NCBI GenBank assembly: GCA_963717435.1
Contig: OY970332.1
Coordinates: 864,001 to 928,000 of the forward strand
Reading direction: 5' to 3'
From: an uncultured bacterium
GTDB taxonomy: Bacteria; Babelota; Babeliae; Babelales; Babelaceae
Length of the DNA: 64,000 nucleotides
Position numbers and translations under genes: made by a program. The notes under the pieces were generated by a model that did no database searches, was not told the DNA's origin, and saw nothing but the letters and a program-made list of their open reading frames with translations. This document shows positions 52,957-62,051 of the stretch, piece by piece (within the stretch, counting starts at the first letter, position 1; each line of letters begins with the position of its first letter).

Positions 52957-53829
52957 GTGAAAGAGGCCGCACAGCTTTTAATCGTTACTGGATATTCAGG
53001 AGCTGGAAAAAGTTCTGTATTAAGAGCATTGGAAGATATAGGTTTTTTCTGTATCGATAATCTGCCAGAGGCACTTTTAGAATCTTTTTTTCAATTTGTT
53101 TCAAATTTAAATACTAACGAACAGCGTGTAGCTTTGGGCGTCGATATCCGTGGTGGCCATGACATGAATCGGCTTGTCGAATATTTAAATATACTTAAAA
53201 ATAAACAAGCATGTGTAACAAAAATAGTTTTTTTGCAATCAACTTCAAATACTATACTAAAAAGATTTCAAGAAACTCGAAGAAAGCACCCACTTGCTGA
53301 CAATTTTGATCTTATAGACGCAATAGAACAAGAAAAAGTTTTACTTAAGCCACTTTCAGAGATAGCAGACCTAACTATAGACACAGATCAGCTTAATATT
53401 CATGATCTTCGAAAACTGGTTCGAAAAGTTTTTGCCTCAGAAGAAAAAATGCCCAAAATGTTAATTACACTAACGTCTTTTGGGTTTAAATATGGCGCAC
53501 CGAGTGAAGCAAATTTTATCTTTGATGTGCGATCGTTGCCCAACCCATACTTTGTTGAAAACTTAAAAAAGCTTGATGGAACGAGCCAAGAAATTAAAGA
53601 ATATCTGTTTGAGCTTAAAGATGTCCAAGATTATTGGGCCAAGCTTAAAGATTTTTTTATTTATGCTGTTGAAAAATCTTATAAAGAGGGCAGATTCTTT
53701 ATGCATTTTTCTGTGGGCTGCACAGGCGGACGGCACAGATCGGTTGCTTTTATTGAAGAGCTTGCTAAAACCAAACTGGATTATGTAGAATTCTTTGTAA
53801 AACATAGAGATGTTTATAGGGAAGGGTAG
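52957..53829 (+). CDS. rapZ: RNase adapter RapZ/YvcJ family P-loop protein
   Basis: VTGYSGAGKS, FCIDNLP, RFQETRRKHPL, SFGFKYG, FDVRSLPNP, GCTGGRHRSV. Confidence 0.95.
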   Translation: MKEAAQLLIVTGYSGAGKSSVLRALEDIGFFCIDNLPEALLESFFQFVSNLNTNEQRVALGVDIRGGHDMNRLVEYLNILKNKQACVTKIVFLQSTSNTILKRFQETRRKHPLADNFDLIDAIEQEKVLLKPLSEIADLTIDTDQLNIHDLRKLVRKVFASEEKMPKMLITLTSFGFKYGAPSEANFIFDVRSLPNPYFVENLKKLDGTSQEIKEYLFELKDVQDYWAKLKDFFIYAVEKSYKEGRFFMHFSVGCTGGRHRSVAFIEELAKTKLDYVEFFVKHRDVYREG

Positions 53830-53835
53830 TAAAAA

Positions 53836-54111
53836 GTGAAAGATATAAAAAAACTTTCTTTGAGAGTTGCTTTTGGTTTTGAAATTCTATTTTTTTTATT
53901 TTTCTATATATTCGGTGCTCGAGGATTAAAGGCTATAAGATCGGGCAAGCAAGAAGTTTTAAATTTGCAAAATATATTAGAAACCGCGGAAAAAGAAAAG
54001 AATCTTCTTGCGGGCCAGCTTAATGATTGGGAAAGTTTGCCATTTTACAAAGAGCGTATAGCCAGAAACGAACTTCAAATGGCACACAAAAATGACGAGA
54101 TTTATATATAA
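53836..54111 (+). CDS. Septum formation initiator FtsB/DivIC family
   Basis: TM, G..G, coiled coil, ERIARNELQM..NDEIY. Confidence 0.75.
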   Translation: MKDIKKLSLRVAFGFEILFFLFFYIFGARGLKAIRSGKQEVLNLQNILETAEKEKNLLAGQLNDWESLPFYKERIARNELQMAHKNDEIYI

Positions 54112-54134
54112 ATTAATTTTAAAAAAGGGAATCT

Positions 54135-54740
54135 ATGATTTATAACTTGCCGCCACTGCCATATGCTTACGACGCACTTGAGCCATACATTGACGCGCTT
54201 ACAATGGAAATACATTATACCAAACATCATCAAGCATATGTTGATAATTTAAATGCTGCATTAAAAAAATATCCAGAGTTACATTCAAAAACTCTTGCGC
54301 AATTAATCGAAAATTTAAATTCAGTTCCTGAGCCAATTAGAGAAGCAGTAAGAAATAACGGCGGCGGGCATATGAATCACAGTATGTTTTGGACATTGCT
54401 TAAAAAAGACGGCGGCGATCCGGTTGGAAAAGTTAAAGATGAGATTAACAGTATATTTGGAAGTTATGGTGCATTTAAAGAAGAATTTACAACTGCTGCA
54501 AAATCCCGTTTTGGCAGCGGCTGGGCCTGGTTGTCTTTGGATAAAGGCGGCAAGCTTGTGATTACTTCAACTGCAAATCAGGACAACCCGATCTCTCAGG
54601 GCTTAACGCCAATACTTGGGCTTGATGTCTGGGAACATGCTTATTACTTAAAATACCAAAATAGACGCCCCGACTATATCTCAGCTTGGTGGCACGTAAT
54701 TAATTGGAAACAGGTAGAAGATAACTATAAATTGTTATAG
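54135..54740 (+). CDS. sodA: Superoxide dismutase, Mn-type signature
   Basis: [40 protein letters not shown]. Confidence 0.95.
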   Translation: MIYNLPPLPYAYDALEPYIDALTMEIHYTKHHQAYVDNLNAALKKYPELHSKTLAQLIENLNSVPEPIREAVRNNGGGHMNHSMFWTLLKKDGGDPVGKVKDEINSIFGSYGAFKEEFTTAAKSRFGSGWAWLSLDKGGKLVITSTANQDNPISQGLTPILGLDVWEHAYYLKYQNRRPDYISAWWHVINWKQVEDNYKLL

Positions 54741-54843
54741 TTTGTTTTTGTATAATAAATTCAAGTGAAGTTTTTTAGATTGGCTTTTCAAATTCATGGT
54801 AAAAGCCTATCTATATTTTTTGTATTTAAAAAAATTAAAAAAC

Positions 54844-55674
54844 TTATTTATTTTGTTCTTTATCTGAACCATACCACCAATTTTTAAATCCAGTAAACCA
54901 GCCGGAACTGCCAGTGTTCTGTTGTGTTGGCTGTAAAGTTTGTTTTGTGGGTGATGTTTTAACTTGCTTAGGTTTAAATTGCAAATCTTCGGCCCTATAA
55001 TCTTTTTCAAATGATTCTATTCCCTTATTCAATTTTTCATTAAATTTCTTTTTGAATTCTGGATTTTTTTTAATTTCATTGAGCAGCCATAGATTTGCTT
55101 CTAGGGCTAAAGCTACCTCTATTTTTTTTTGTTCGATATTCATTTGAGGTATGGGCTTTTCATATTTTTCTGGCCCGGAAGCTGAGCGTATAATATCGAT
55201 TTTACCCGTATACGTCTTTGCCTTTTCATTAATGATTTTATTCATAACATCTAGTTTGAATTGCTCATAAGTGTAGTTTTTCCAATCAGGCTTATTTTGG
55301 TTACGAGCATACTCTTGAATCATTTTGCGAATCAACCTAGCTGATTCAGGTCCTTTTTTTATTAAATTATCAGTAAAATAAAAAATTGCTTTTTCGTTTT
55401 CAGCGTCAGGTCTAATTAATATTCCTAAGTTATGTAATTCTTTAGTTAAGGCGTTCAAAACCTCATCTTTAGACGAATACTTACTCATTTGCTTATATTC
55501 TTTTTCACGTGTTTCCGAACGGTTTTCTATTTTGCTCATAAGTTCTCGTTTCTCCTCGCGACTTCTGTCAGACGCGGCTATGTCTAGGTATTTATCTACT
55601 TCTTCCAATGTCATTGTTTCAATACTGCTGATAATTATTGTAGAACTGAAAATAATAAAGTGTTTTAAATTCAT
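54844..55674 (-). CDS. Secreted hypothetical protein
   Basis: GGAG RBS; signal-like N-terminus; C-terminal GWFTGFKNWW. Confidence 0.7.
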   Translation of the reverse strand: MNLKHFIIFSSTIIISSIETMTLEEVDKYLDIAASDRSREEKRELMSKIENRSETREKEYKQMSKYSSKDEVLNALTKELHNLGILIRPDAENEKAIFYFTDNLIKKGPESARLIRKMIQEYARNQNKPDWKNYTYEQFKLDVMNKIINEKAKTYTGKIDIIRSASGPEKYEKPIPQMNIEQKKIEVALALEANLWLLNEIKKNPEFKKKFNEKLNKGIESFEKDYRAEDLQFKPKQVKTSPTKQTLQPTQQNTGSSGWFTGFKNWWYGSDKEQNK

Positions 55675-55819
55675 TTTAACTCCATAAAATTATGATTATA
55701 TCCAAAAATTAAAATGTACACTTCAATTATATGAGCTTATATTCCTAGTAGTCAACATTAGGGCTATTTCGTTGGATTAATTTAGGCGCTATTGCTGGTA
55801 ATGTTACTGTTTGGAAGAC

Positions 55820-55876
55820 GGCGCAGCCTGACGAAGCCTGCCAAGCCTGTAGGCGTAGATAGGCGTAGACGGGGTC
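55820..55876 (+). repeat. Inner-type element variant upstream of lysS
   Basis: GGCGCAGCCTGACGAAGCCTGCCAAGCCTGTAGGCGT resembles the reverse complement of 12400-12436 (shared GCCTGCCAAGCCTG); AGGCGTAGA is tandemly duplicated. Confidence 0.65.
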
Positions 55877-55964
55877 TAGTTAAATTTAGATAAAAGTGGT
55901 AAATTATTTGTAACTTCAAGCCAAAATCAAGATATCAAAATGTTTTAACAAAGCGATAAGTTTT

Positions 55965-57512
55965 ATGGACTCAAATAACAAAAATAATAATTCAGGTAAC
56001 GGGATTAATAATACTCATGATGGGCAAAATAATCATGAAAATACGCATCATGCGCACAATTTAGAACATGAAGTGCGTGAGCAAAAAGTTAAAAAATTAA
56101 GGGAACTGGGGATAGACCCGTGGCCGGCGTTCAAAGAGGTTGATGGCACATGCGCCCAGGTTATTTCTGAGTTTAAAGATGGTGAAAGCAAAAAGTATAG
56201 CATCTCGGGCAGAATGATCTCCCGTAGAACTCACGGTAAAGCTGCTTTTGCAACCCTTATGGATAGAACCGGAAAGCTTCAGGTTTATATAAAAACTGAT
56301 AATGTCGGCGCTGATAAGTTTAAAATCTTTGAAGAGCTTTTTGATCTTGGCGATATTATCTGGTGTTCAGGAACTTCTTTTAGAACCAAGATGGGTGAAA
56401 TTACTTTGCTTGTCGAACAGTTTGAGTTGCTAAGTAAATGCTTATACCCGCTGCCTGAAAAGTTTCATGGGCTTGCCGATATTGAAGTAAAATACAGACA
56501 ACGATACCTTGATTTAATTACAAGTGAAGCAACACGGGATAGATTTATAAAACGTACAAAGATTTTAAGATCTATCAGAAACTTCTTTAATTCACACGAT
56601 TTTCTTGAAGTCGAAACCCCAATGTTGCACCCAATTGCCGGCGGTGCGGCTGCAAAACCGTTTAAGACCCATCACAATGCTTTGGACACTGAGTTGTATT
56701 TGAGAATTGCTCCAGAGTTATATTTAAAAAGATTGGTTGTTGGCGGCTTTGAGCGCGTTTATGAGATTAATAGAAATTTCAGAAACGAGGGGATCTCAAC
56801 AAGACATAATCCTGAATTTACTATGTTGGAATTTTATATGGCCAACGAAGATTATCACTTTATTATGAACTTTGTTGAGGAACTATTACGCAATATGGCG
56901 CGCGAGGTTTGCGGCACAGATATAGTTGATTTTGGTGATAAAAAAATAGACTTTGGGTCAAAATTCAAAAAATTGACAGTAAAGCAGTCTGTTGTAGAAA
57001 TCGGTGGCTTAACTGAAGCTGATTTGTTACCTGAAAATATAGATAATACTATCAAAAAATATAAAATCGATTTGCCGAATAAGTCTGCTTCTTTGGGCGC
57101 GAAAATATTTGCACTTTTTGAAGAGCTTGTTGAGAAAAAAATCGTTAATCCGACTTTTATTATAGATTACCCGATCGAGATTTCGCCACTTGCAAAACGG
57201 GACTCTAAGAACCCTAATGTTGCAGCAAGATTTGAGTTATTTGTTGCCGGCATGGAAATCTCTAATGGCTTTAATGAGCTTAACGACCCGTATGACCAGG
57301 CACAAAGATTTCACGAGCAAGTTGCTGCTTATGAAGCGGGAGATCAAGAAGCGCACCAGTATGACGCTGACTATGTTCATGCGCTTGAGTATGGCTTGCC
57401 ACCTACTGTTGGCGTTGGGATTGGGATCGACAGACTTGTTATGTTGATGACAAATACAACTTCAATTAAAGATGTTATCTTGTTCCCGACACTTAAACCC
57501 GCTCATAAATAA
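55965..57512 (+). CDS. lysS: Lysine--tRNA ligase (class II)
   Basis: LPEKFHGL, YRQRYLDL, EVETPML, LRIAPELYLKRL, FRNEG..RHNPEF, GIGIDRL. Confidence 0.98.
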   Translation: MDSNNKNNNSGNGINNTHDGQNNHENTHHAHNLEHEVREQKVKKLRELGIDPWPAFKEVDGTCAQVISEFKDGESKKYSISGRMISRRTHGKAAFATLMDRTGKLQVYIKTDNVGADKFKIFEELFDLGDIIWCSGTSFRTKMGEITLLVEQFELLSKCLYPLPEKFHGLADIEVKYRQRYLDLITSEATRDRFIKRTKILRSIRNFFNSHDFLEVETPMLHPIAGGAAAKPFKTHHNALDTELYLRIAPELYLKRLVVGGFERVYEINRNFRNEGISTRHNPEFTMLEFYMANEDYHFIMNFVEELLRNMAREVCGTDIVDFGDKKIDFGSKFKKLTVKQSVVEIGGLTEADLLPENIDNTIKKYKIDLPNKSASLGAKIFALFEELVEKKIVNPTFIIDYPIEISPLAKRDSKNPNVAARFELFVAGMEISNGFNELNDPYDQAQRFHEQVAAYEAGDQEAHQYDADYVHALEYGLPPTVGVGIGIDRLVMLMTNTTSIKDVILFPTLKPAHK

Positions 57513-57518
57513 CTTACG

Positions 57519-57686
57519 CCATGGTTCCCGACTTCGCCAAAGGCTTCGACGGGCAGGCGATACGCCTCACCCCTGTCGGCCATAGCCACCGGCGACGGCT
57601 GAACGAGCGTAATTTAAATTTATCGCTCGCCCTGAGTTTTTTTCGTAGCGTAGCGCAGAAAAAAGTATCGAATGGGTTTGAGCGAA
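57519..57686. repeat. Composite repeat cluster between lysS and recJ
   Basis: CCATGGTTC[31-bp inner 57528-57558]GATACGCCTCACC[second inner-like ~57572-57602, opposite strand]ACGAGCG, followed by outer element CGCTCGCCCTGAGT...AGTATCGAATGGG (57624-57676). Confidence 0.8.
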
Positions 57687-57709
57687 CAGTGAAATCTTGA
57701 AAGTTAATT

Positions 57710-59440
57710 ATGAAGATCTTGCAGGGTGCAAAATATATTTGGCAGATTCCTGATTTTGATCAAGTTCGGGTAGCAGAGTTTTCTGCTACCTATAATTTGT
57801 CATATCCAATAATTCAGACTTTATTGTCTCGTGGCCTAAAAGATAAATCTGAACTTGACCAGTTTTTAACAAGTTCTTATGAAAAAGATGTTGCAAGTTC
57901 TGAGCTGTTAAAAGATGGGCCGGAAGTTGCAAGAAGAATCATAGAAGCCATCGACAAACAAGAAAAAATATTAATCTGCGGAGATTATGACGTTGACGGC
58001 ATAACTTCGTCGGCGATGATGATGGCATGCCTGAAGCCATTAGGTGCGCAGATAAATTTCTTTTTGCCCCACAGAGTTAACGATGGCTACGGCTTATCGG
58101 TAAAAACTGTAAGGCGTGCGGCGCAAAATGGTTATAAAGTTTTAATTACTGTTGATAACGGAATTACTGCATTTGAGCCTGCGCTTGAAGCAAAAAAATT
58201 GGGGATAGATTTAATTATCACGGATCATCATAGGCCACATGATCATCTGCCCGAGGGCTTTGCTGTGGTTGACCCTCATAGGGTTGATTGTGAATACCCA
58301 TATAAAAAATTTGCGGGGGTTGGCGTAGGCTTTAAAATATTGTCTTTAGTTTATAAATATCTTGGTTTGGAACTTCCTGAAAAAGTTTATGAATTATTAT
58401 TGCTCGGCACAGTCGCTGACGTTGTGCCAATAACTGGCGAAAATAGATTTTGGGTCAGGCATTGTCTTAATCTTATAAACGACCCAGATTATAACGCAAA
58501 AAGTTTAGCTTTAAGAGTTTTGAAAGAAAATGCGCGTGTTACAAAGCCAATTTTAAGTTCAACGGATATAGGCTTTTTTTTAGCGCCACAAATTAACGCA
58601 CTTGGTCGACTTGATGATCCGCGCCAGGGCGTAGCTTTTTTAATTAGTGATAACGAAGAAGAAGTTCGACATGTTGGTAGAATATTAAAAGAGTTAAACG
58701 AATCCCGTAAGGGAATCGAAAAGGGAATATTTAATCAGGTTGAAACTTTAATAAAATCTGGCGAAATCGATATTTCGACTGATCATGTTTTGGTTGCAGC
58801 AGGTTCTTGGCCGCCAGGAGTGATAGGGCTGGTTGCATCAAGACTTGTTGGGGCTTACGCTCGTCCTGCAATAGTTTTGCATTTAACGTCTGATGGGCTT
58901 GCAAAAGGCTCATGTAGATCAGTAAAAGATTTTAATATGTTTAATGCGTTATCAAGCTGCAGTGATTTGTTGTTAAGTTTTGGTGGGCACGCAGCTGCTG
59001 CTGGGATGTCTTTAGATGCGAAAAATTTGCCCGAGCTTAAATCAAGATTAAATATTTTAATGCGCGAGCAATTACCTGATTTTGATTTTAAGCACAAATT
59101 ATCGATAGATTCGCAATTAGTTTTGCCTGAAGCAAATAAAAAACTTATGTCAGATTTGCAGTATCTTGAACCGTTTGGTTGTGAAAATCAGCAGCCGGTC
59201 TTTTATGTTAAAGATGTGTCGATTGTCGGCGATCCTGTTTTATTAAAAGAGGCGCATGTTAAATGTTCTATTTTTGCAGACGGGATAATCAAGCCTGTTA
59301 TATTTTTTAATAGACCTGAGATTTTTAAAATATTAGAACAGAATAAAGATAAGTCTTATACTATAGCTGTGCATGTTTCAGAAAATCATTGGAATGACAA
59401 AGTGTCTATAGAATTGCAAGGGGTTGATATATTATTATGA
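57710..59440 (+). CDS. recJ: Single-stranded-DNA exonuclease RecJ
   Basis: GDYDVDG, ITVDNG, ITDHH, GTVADV, INALGRL, GSCRS, FGGHAAAAG, LEPFG. Confidence 0.97.
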   Translation: MKILQGAKYIWQIPDFDQVRVAEFSATYNLSYPIIQTLLSRGLKDKSELDQFLTSSYEKDVASSELLKDGPEVARRIIEAIDKQEKILICGDYDVDGITSSAMMMACLKPLGAQINFFLPHRVNDGYGLSVKTVRRAAQNGYKVLITVDNGITAFEPALEAKKLGIDLIITDHHRPHDHLPEGFAVVDPHRVDCEYPYKKFAGVGVGFKILSLVYKYLGLELPEKVYELLLLGTVADVVPITGENRFWVRHCLNLINDPDYNAKSLALRVLKENARVTKPILSSTDIGFFLAPQINALGRLDDPRQGVAFLISDNEEEVRHVGRILKELNESRKGIEKGIFNQVETLIKSGEIDISTDHVLVAAGSWPPGVIGLVASRLVGAYARPAIVLHLTSDGLAKGSCRSVKDFNMFNALSSCSDLLLSFGGHAAAAGMSLDAKNLPELKSRLNILMREQLPDFDFKHKLSIDSQLVLPEANKKLMSDLQYLEPFGCENQQPVFYVKDVSIVGDPVLLKEAHVKCSIFADGIIKPVIFFNRPEIFKILEQNKDKSYTIAVHVSENHWNDKVSIELQGVDILL

Positions 59441-60108
59441 TTATAACTATTGATGGCCCAACGGCCAGCGGAAAATCTACGGTTGCCCAGATTGTTGCAA
59501 AAGAGCTTTCTATTTATTATTTAAATTCAGGGTATTTATACAGGGCTTTGGCTTATATATTAAAACAAGAGGGGTTTGGAGAGCAGCATGTTCCTGAAAT
59601 TCCAGAATCTGAAATCTCAAAATTTATTTTGCCAGATATTTTTGTATACAAATATAATCATGTAGAAAAAATTTCTGTGTTATACAAAAATTCAGAACTA
59701 ACACACATGCTTAAAACTCCAGAAATGGATAAAGTTAGTTCGGCGATTAGCAAATATCCAAATGTCCGATCTGCGCTCCTTAATTATCAGCGCAGTTTTT
59801 CAAAAACTAATAGTTTGGTAATTGAAGGGCGCGATACTGGAACGGTAGTTTTTCCTGAAGCGAATTTTAAATTTTTTTTGACAGCCCGTCCTGAAGTTAG
59901 AGCACAAAGATGGCAGCTTGATCAACAGAGACTGGGAAATAATCTTGTCTTACAGGACTGTATTGATTTAATTACTCAGCGTGACGAGCGGGATACTAAG
60001 CGTGCAAACTCGCCGCTTGTTTCTGCCCAAGATGCATATTTGATCGATAATTCTGAAATCGATTTAGAAACAACAGCAAAATATATTTTAAAAATATGTA
60101 GGCCGTGA
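59437..60108 (+). CDS. cmk: Cytidylate kinase
   Basis: ITIDGPTASGKST, SGYLYRA, EGRDTGTVVFP, RDERD. Confidence 0.96.
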   Translation: MIITIDGPTASGKSTVAQIVAKELSIYYLNSGYLYRALAYILKQEGFGEQHVPEIPESEISKFILPDIFVYKYNHVEKISVLYKNSELTHMLKTPEMDKVSSAISKYPNVRSALLNYQRSFSKTNSLVIEGRDTGTVVFPEANFKFFLTARPEVRAQRWQLDQQRLGNNLVLQDCIDLITQRDERDTKRANSPLVSAQDAYLIDNSEIDLETTAKYILKICRP

Positions 60109-60126
60109 ATTTAATCACAGCCTACA
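60097..60126. terminator. Hairpin between convergent genes
   Basis: TGTAGGC..GTGA-loop-TCAC..GCCTACA followed by an A tract. Confidence 0.6.
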
Positions 60127-60162
60127 AAAAATCAAGCTTGGGTTTTACGTAATTAATTTGGA

Positions 60163-60375
60163 CTAGTTGATCTTTGTGTCGTCTTCGTCGTCATTTTCTT
60201 TAACAAAGCTTTTTTTGTGGTGACGAAGTGTTTTTCTTTCTGGCCTTGCATCGACAACTGTTGAAACTTCTGAGCATTCACATTTCGGGCATCTTTGTTG
60301 GCATGCCGCAATAATTGCAAATACGCTTACGGTACAACATAACTTAACGATTTTTTTGATCAACGGAAGTGTCAT
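60163..60375 (-). CDS. Small Cys-containing lipoprotein
   Basis: GGAG RBS; lipobox-like IAAC; CPKCEC. Confidence 0.65.
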   Translation of the reverse strand: MTLPLIKKIVKLCCTVSVFAIIAACQQRCPKCECSEVSTVVDARPERKTLRHHKKSFVKENDDEDDTKIN

Positions 60376-60399
60376 CTTAATTGCTCCCAATTTTCGCGT

Positions 60400-60447
60400 T
60401 TATCTTTTTTTGCAAACGCATTTATCTTTTTTACACATTTTACACAT
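60400..60447 (-). CDS. Putative 15-aa Cys-rich micropeptide MCKMCKKDKCVCKKR
   Basis: Hand-translated; purine-rich AAGAAAGAG upstream; CxxC-x4-CxC spacing equals CRKCGEMPCAC in the adjacent gene. Confidence 0.4.
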   Translation of the reverse strand: MCKMCKKDKCVCKKR

Positions 60448-60495
60448 GATAATTCTCTTTCTTAATTAATTTCGTAATTAATTTACTTGTTGCGT

Positions 60496-60792
60496 TTATT
60501 TATTGCAGCGGCAGCTTCTCATTGGCATATGACATCGGCTACAATGTCTCTTGCATGTGCCTTCGCTACATTTGTGACATGATCTTACTTTGCAACCTTC
60601 TCCGCACATTCTGCAAGCAGGTCTTGCTTTGCAAGCGCAAGGCATTTCTCCGCATTTTCTGCAAGATTTTTCCATATGCTCATGATGATATTGGTCTGTT
60701 CCTTCAGATGCGCAAGAACCGCAACGTCCGCCACAATTTGCAGACACTACTAATAGAACTGAAGCCATTATAAGCGAAATTAGCTTTTTCAT
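60496..60792 (-). CDS. Small Cys-rich lipoprotein (17 Cys in 98 aa)
   Basis: AAGGAG RBS; signal peptide ending SANC; repeated CxxC and CxC. Confidence 0.8.
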   Translation of the reverse strand: MKKLISLIMASVLLVVSANCGGRCGSCASEGTDQYHHEHMEKSCRKCGEMPCACKARPACRMCGEGCKVRSCHKCSEGTCKRHCSRCHMPMRSCRCNK

Positions 60793-60991
60793 GGACTATC
60801 TCCTTAAATAAAGGTTAAAAAATACTTAGGGACAGTCTATAATAATTTTCTTACAAGTTTCAAGTATGCATGAAAATCGATTTAAAAATATAGAAAATAA
60901 ATTAAATTTTTTTTAAAAAAGTTTTTTAAAAAAAACAACCCGCAGTTTTTTATAACTACGGGTTGATAAATTTAAACCAACTTAAATTTAA

Positions 60992-61648
60992 TTAAGCTTG
61001 TTTTGACTTTTCGTATTTTGCAAATAGAGATCCAACTTTGAATGCAAGCAATGTTGTTATTGTTGCGTCCATAGGGAATCTAGCTCCATTAAATGTTCTT
61101 CTTAATAAATAACGATCCAGCGCCACATATGTTGCTATTGCAGCAATTTTGTTATCCCAACCAAATTTAGCACCATCAACCAAAGTTTTTCCTGGAACGC
61201 CAACAGTTTCTATAAAATTACCGAAACCTTCTATTTTGTTAGCTATTGCAGAGTTGACACTTTTGACTTTATTAGCTATTTCTTCACGGTTGTCATAAAG
61301 TTTTGTTGCGCCATTTTTCGCTGCATTATAAGCTTTTGCTACGCCATTTTTTGCCACATTATAAACTTTTTTTGTCGCGTATATAGTAGCAGCTGTTGCA
61401 CCAACGGCTGCGCCTACGATCAAAAGACCTGCGGCCGCCCTGTTCAAATTTTCTCGTGAAATTCTTCCTAGATTAATTCCACGCTTTGAGCCCTTTTCAC
61501 CAAATGGTACATTTGCTGGTGCATCGCCGCCGTTATAGTCCCGTTTAGAAAAAACATTCTCCCCCCCGTTATTTGGCTTCATACACAAAGCTGTATTTGC
61601 TGTGAATAAAACCAAGCTTAGAATTAGAAACTTTTTTGAATTGAACAT
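60992..61648 (-). CDS. Secreted/membrane hypothetical protein
   Basis: GGGGA RBS; signal peptide; Ala/Gly-rich TM; short internal repeat YN.AKNG. Confidence 0.7.
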   Translation of the reverse strand: MFNSKKFLILSLVLFTANTALCMKPNNGGENVFSKRDYNGGDAPANVPFGEKGSKRGINLGRISRENLNRAAAGLLIVGAAVGATAATIYATKKVYNVAKNGVAKAYNAAKNGATKLYDNREEIANKVKSVNSAIANKIEGFGNFIETVGVPGKTLVDGAKFGWDNKIAAIATYVALDRYLLRRTFNGARFPMDATITTLLAFKVGSLFAKYEKSKQA

Positions 61649-61846
61649 AGCTGTTCCCCATTAATTAAATATTGTTAAAACTGTTTTTTATTGTTTTTAG
61701 TATTAGAGAGACTTTTTGATCCCCATTTTTCTACTAATATTAAGTTTACCAGAGCCTAATATTATAATCAAATACTATAGGCAAAATGGCGCAAAAAGGG
61801 GGAAGAGTTTATCTTCCCCGATAATTTAGTGTTAAAAATCTATAAA

Positions 61847-62023
61847 CTATTTTTCATCTGCCCAAGCAGGATTTTGCATTGCGCCAGAAACTCTTCTTAC
61901 AGGCTCATCAACTTCAACTGCGACAGTGTATTCAGGCTCTGCTTGTTCTGTTCGTTTTCCACCACAACCTGCAAGTGTCAAAACTGCCGGAACTAGTGCT
62001 AGTGCAAATAGAAGATTTTTCAT
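61847..62023 (-). CDS. 58-aa lipoprotein, absent from the ORF track
   Basis: MKNLLFALALVPAVLTLAGCGGKRTEQAEPEY...NPAWADEK*; canonical LAGC lipobox; hairpin at 61799-61819 downstream. Confidence 0.8.
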   Translation of the reverse strand: MKNLLFALALVPAVLTLAGCGGKRTEQAEPEYTVAVEVDEPVRRVSGAMQNPAWADEK

Positions 62024-62051
62024 GTTTAACCCTATTAGTTTAATTTGATGT

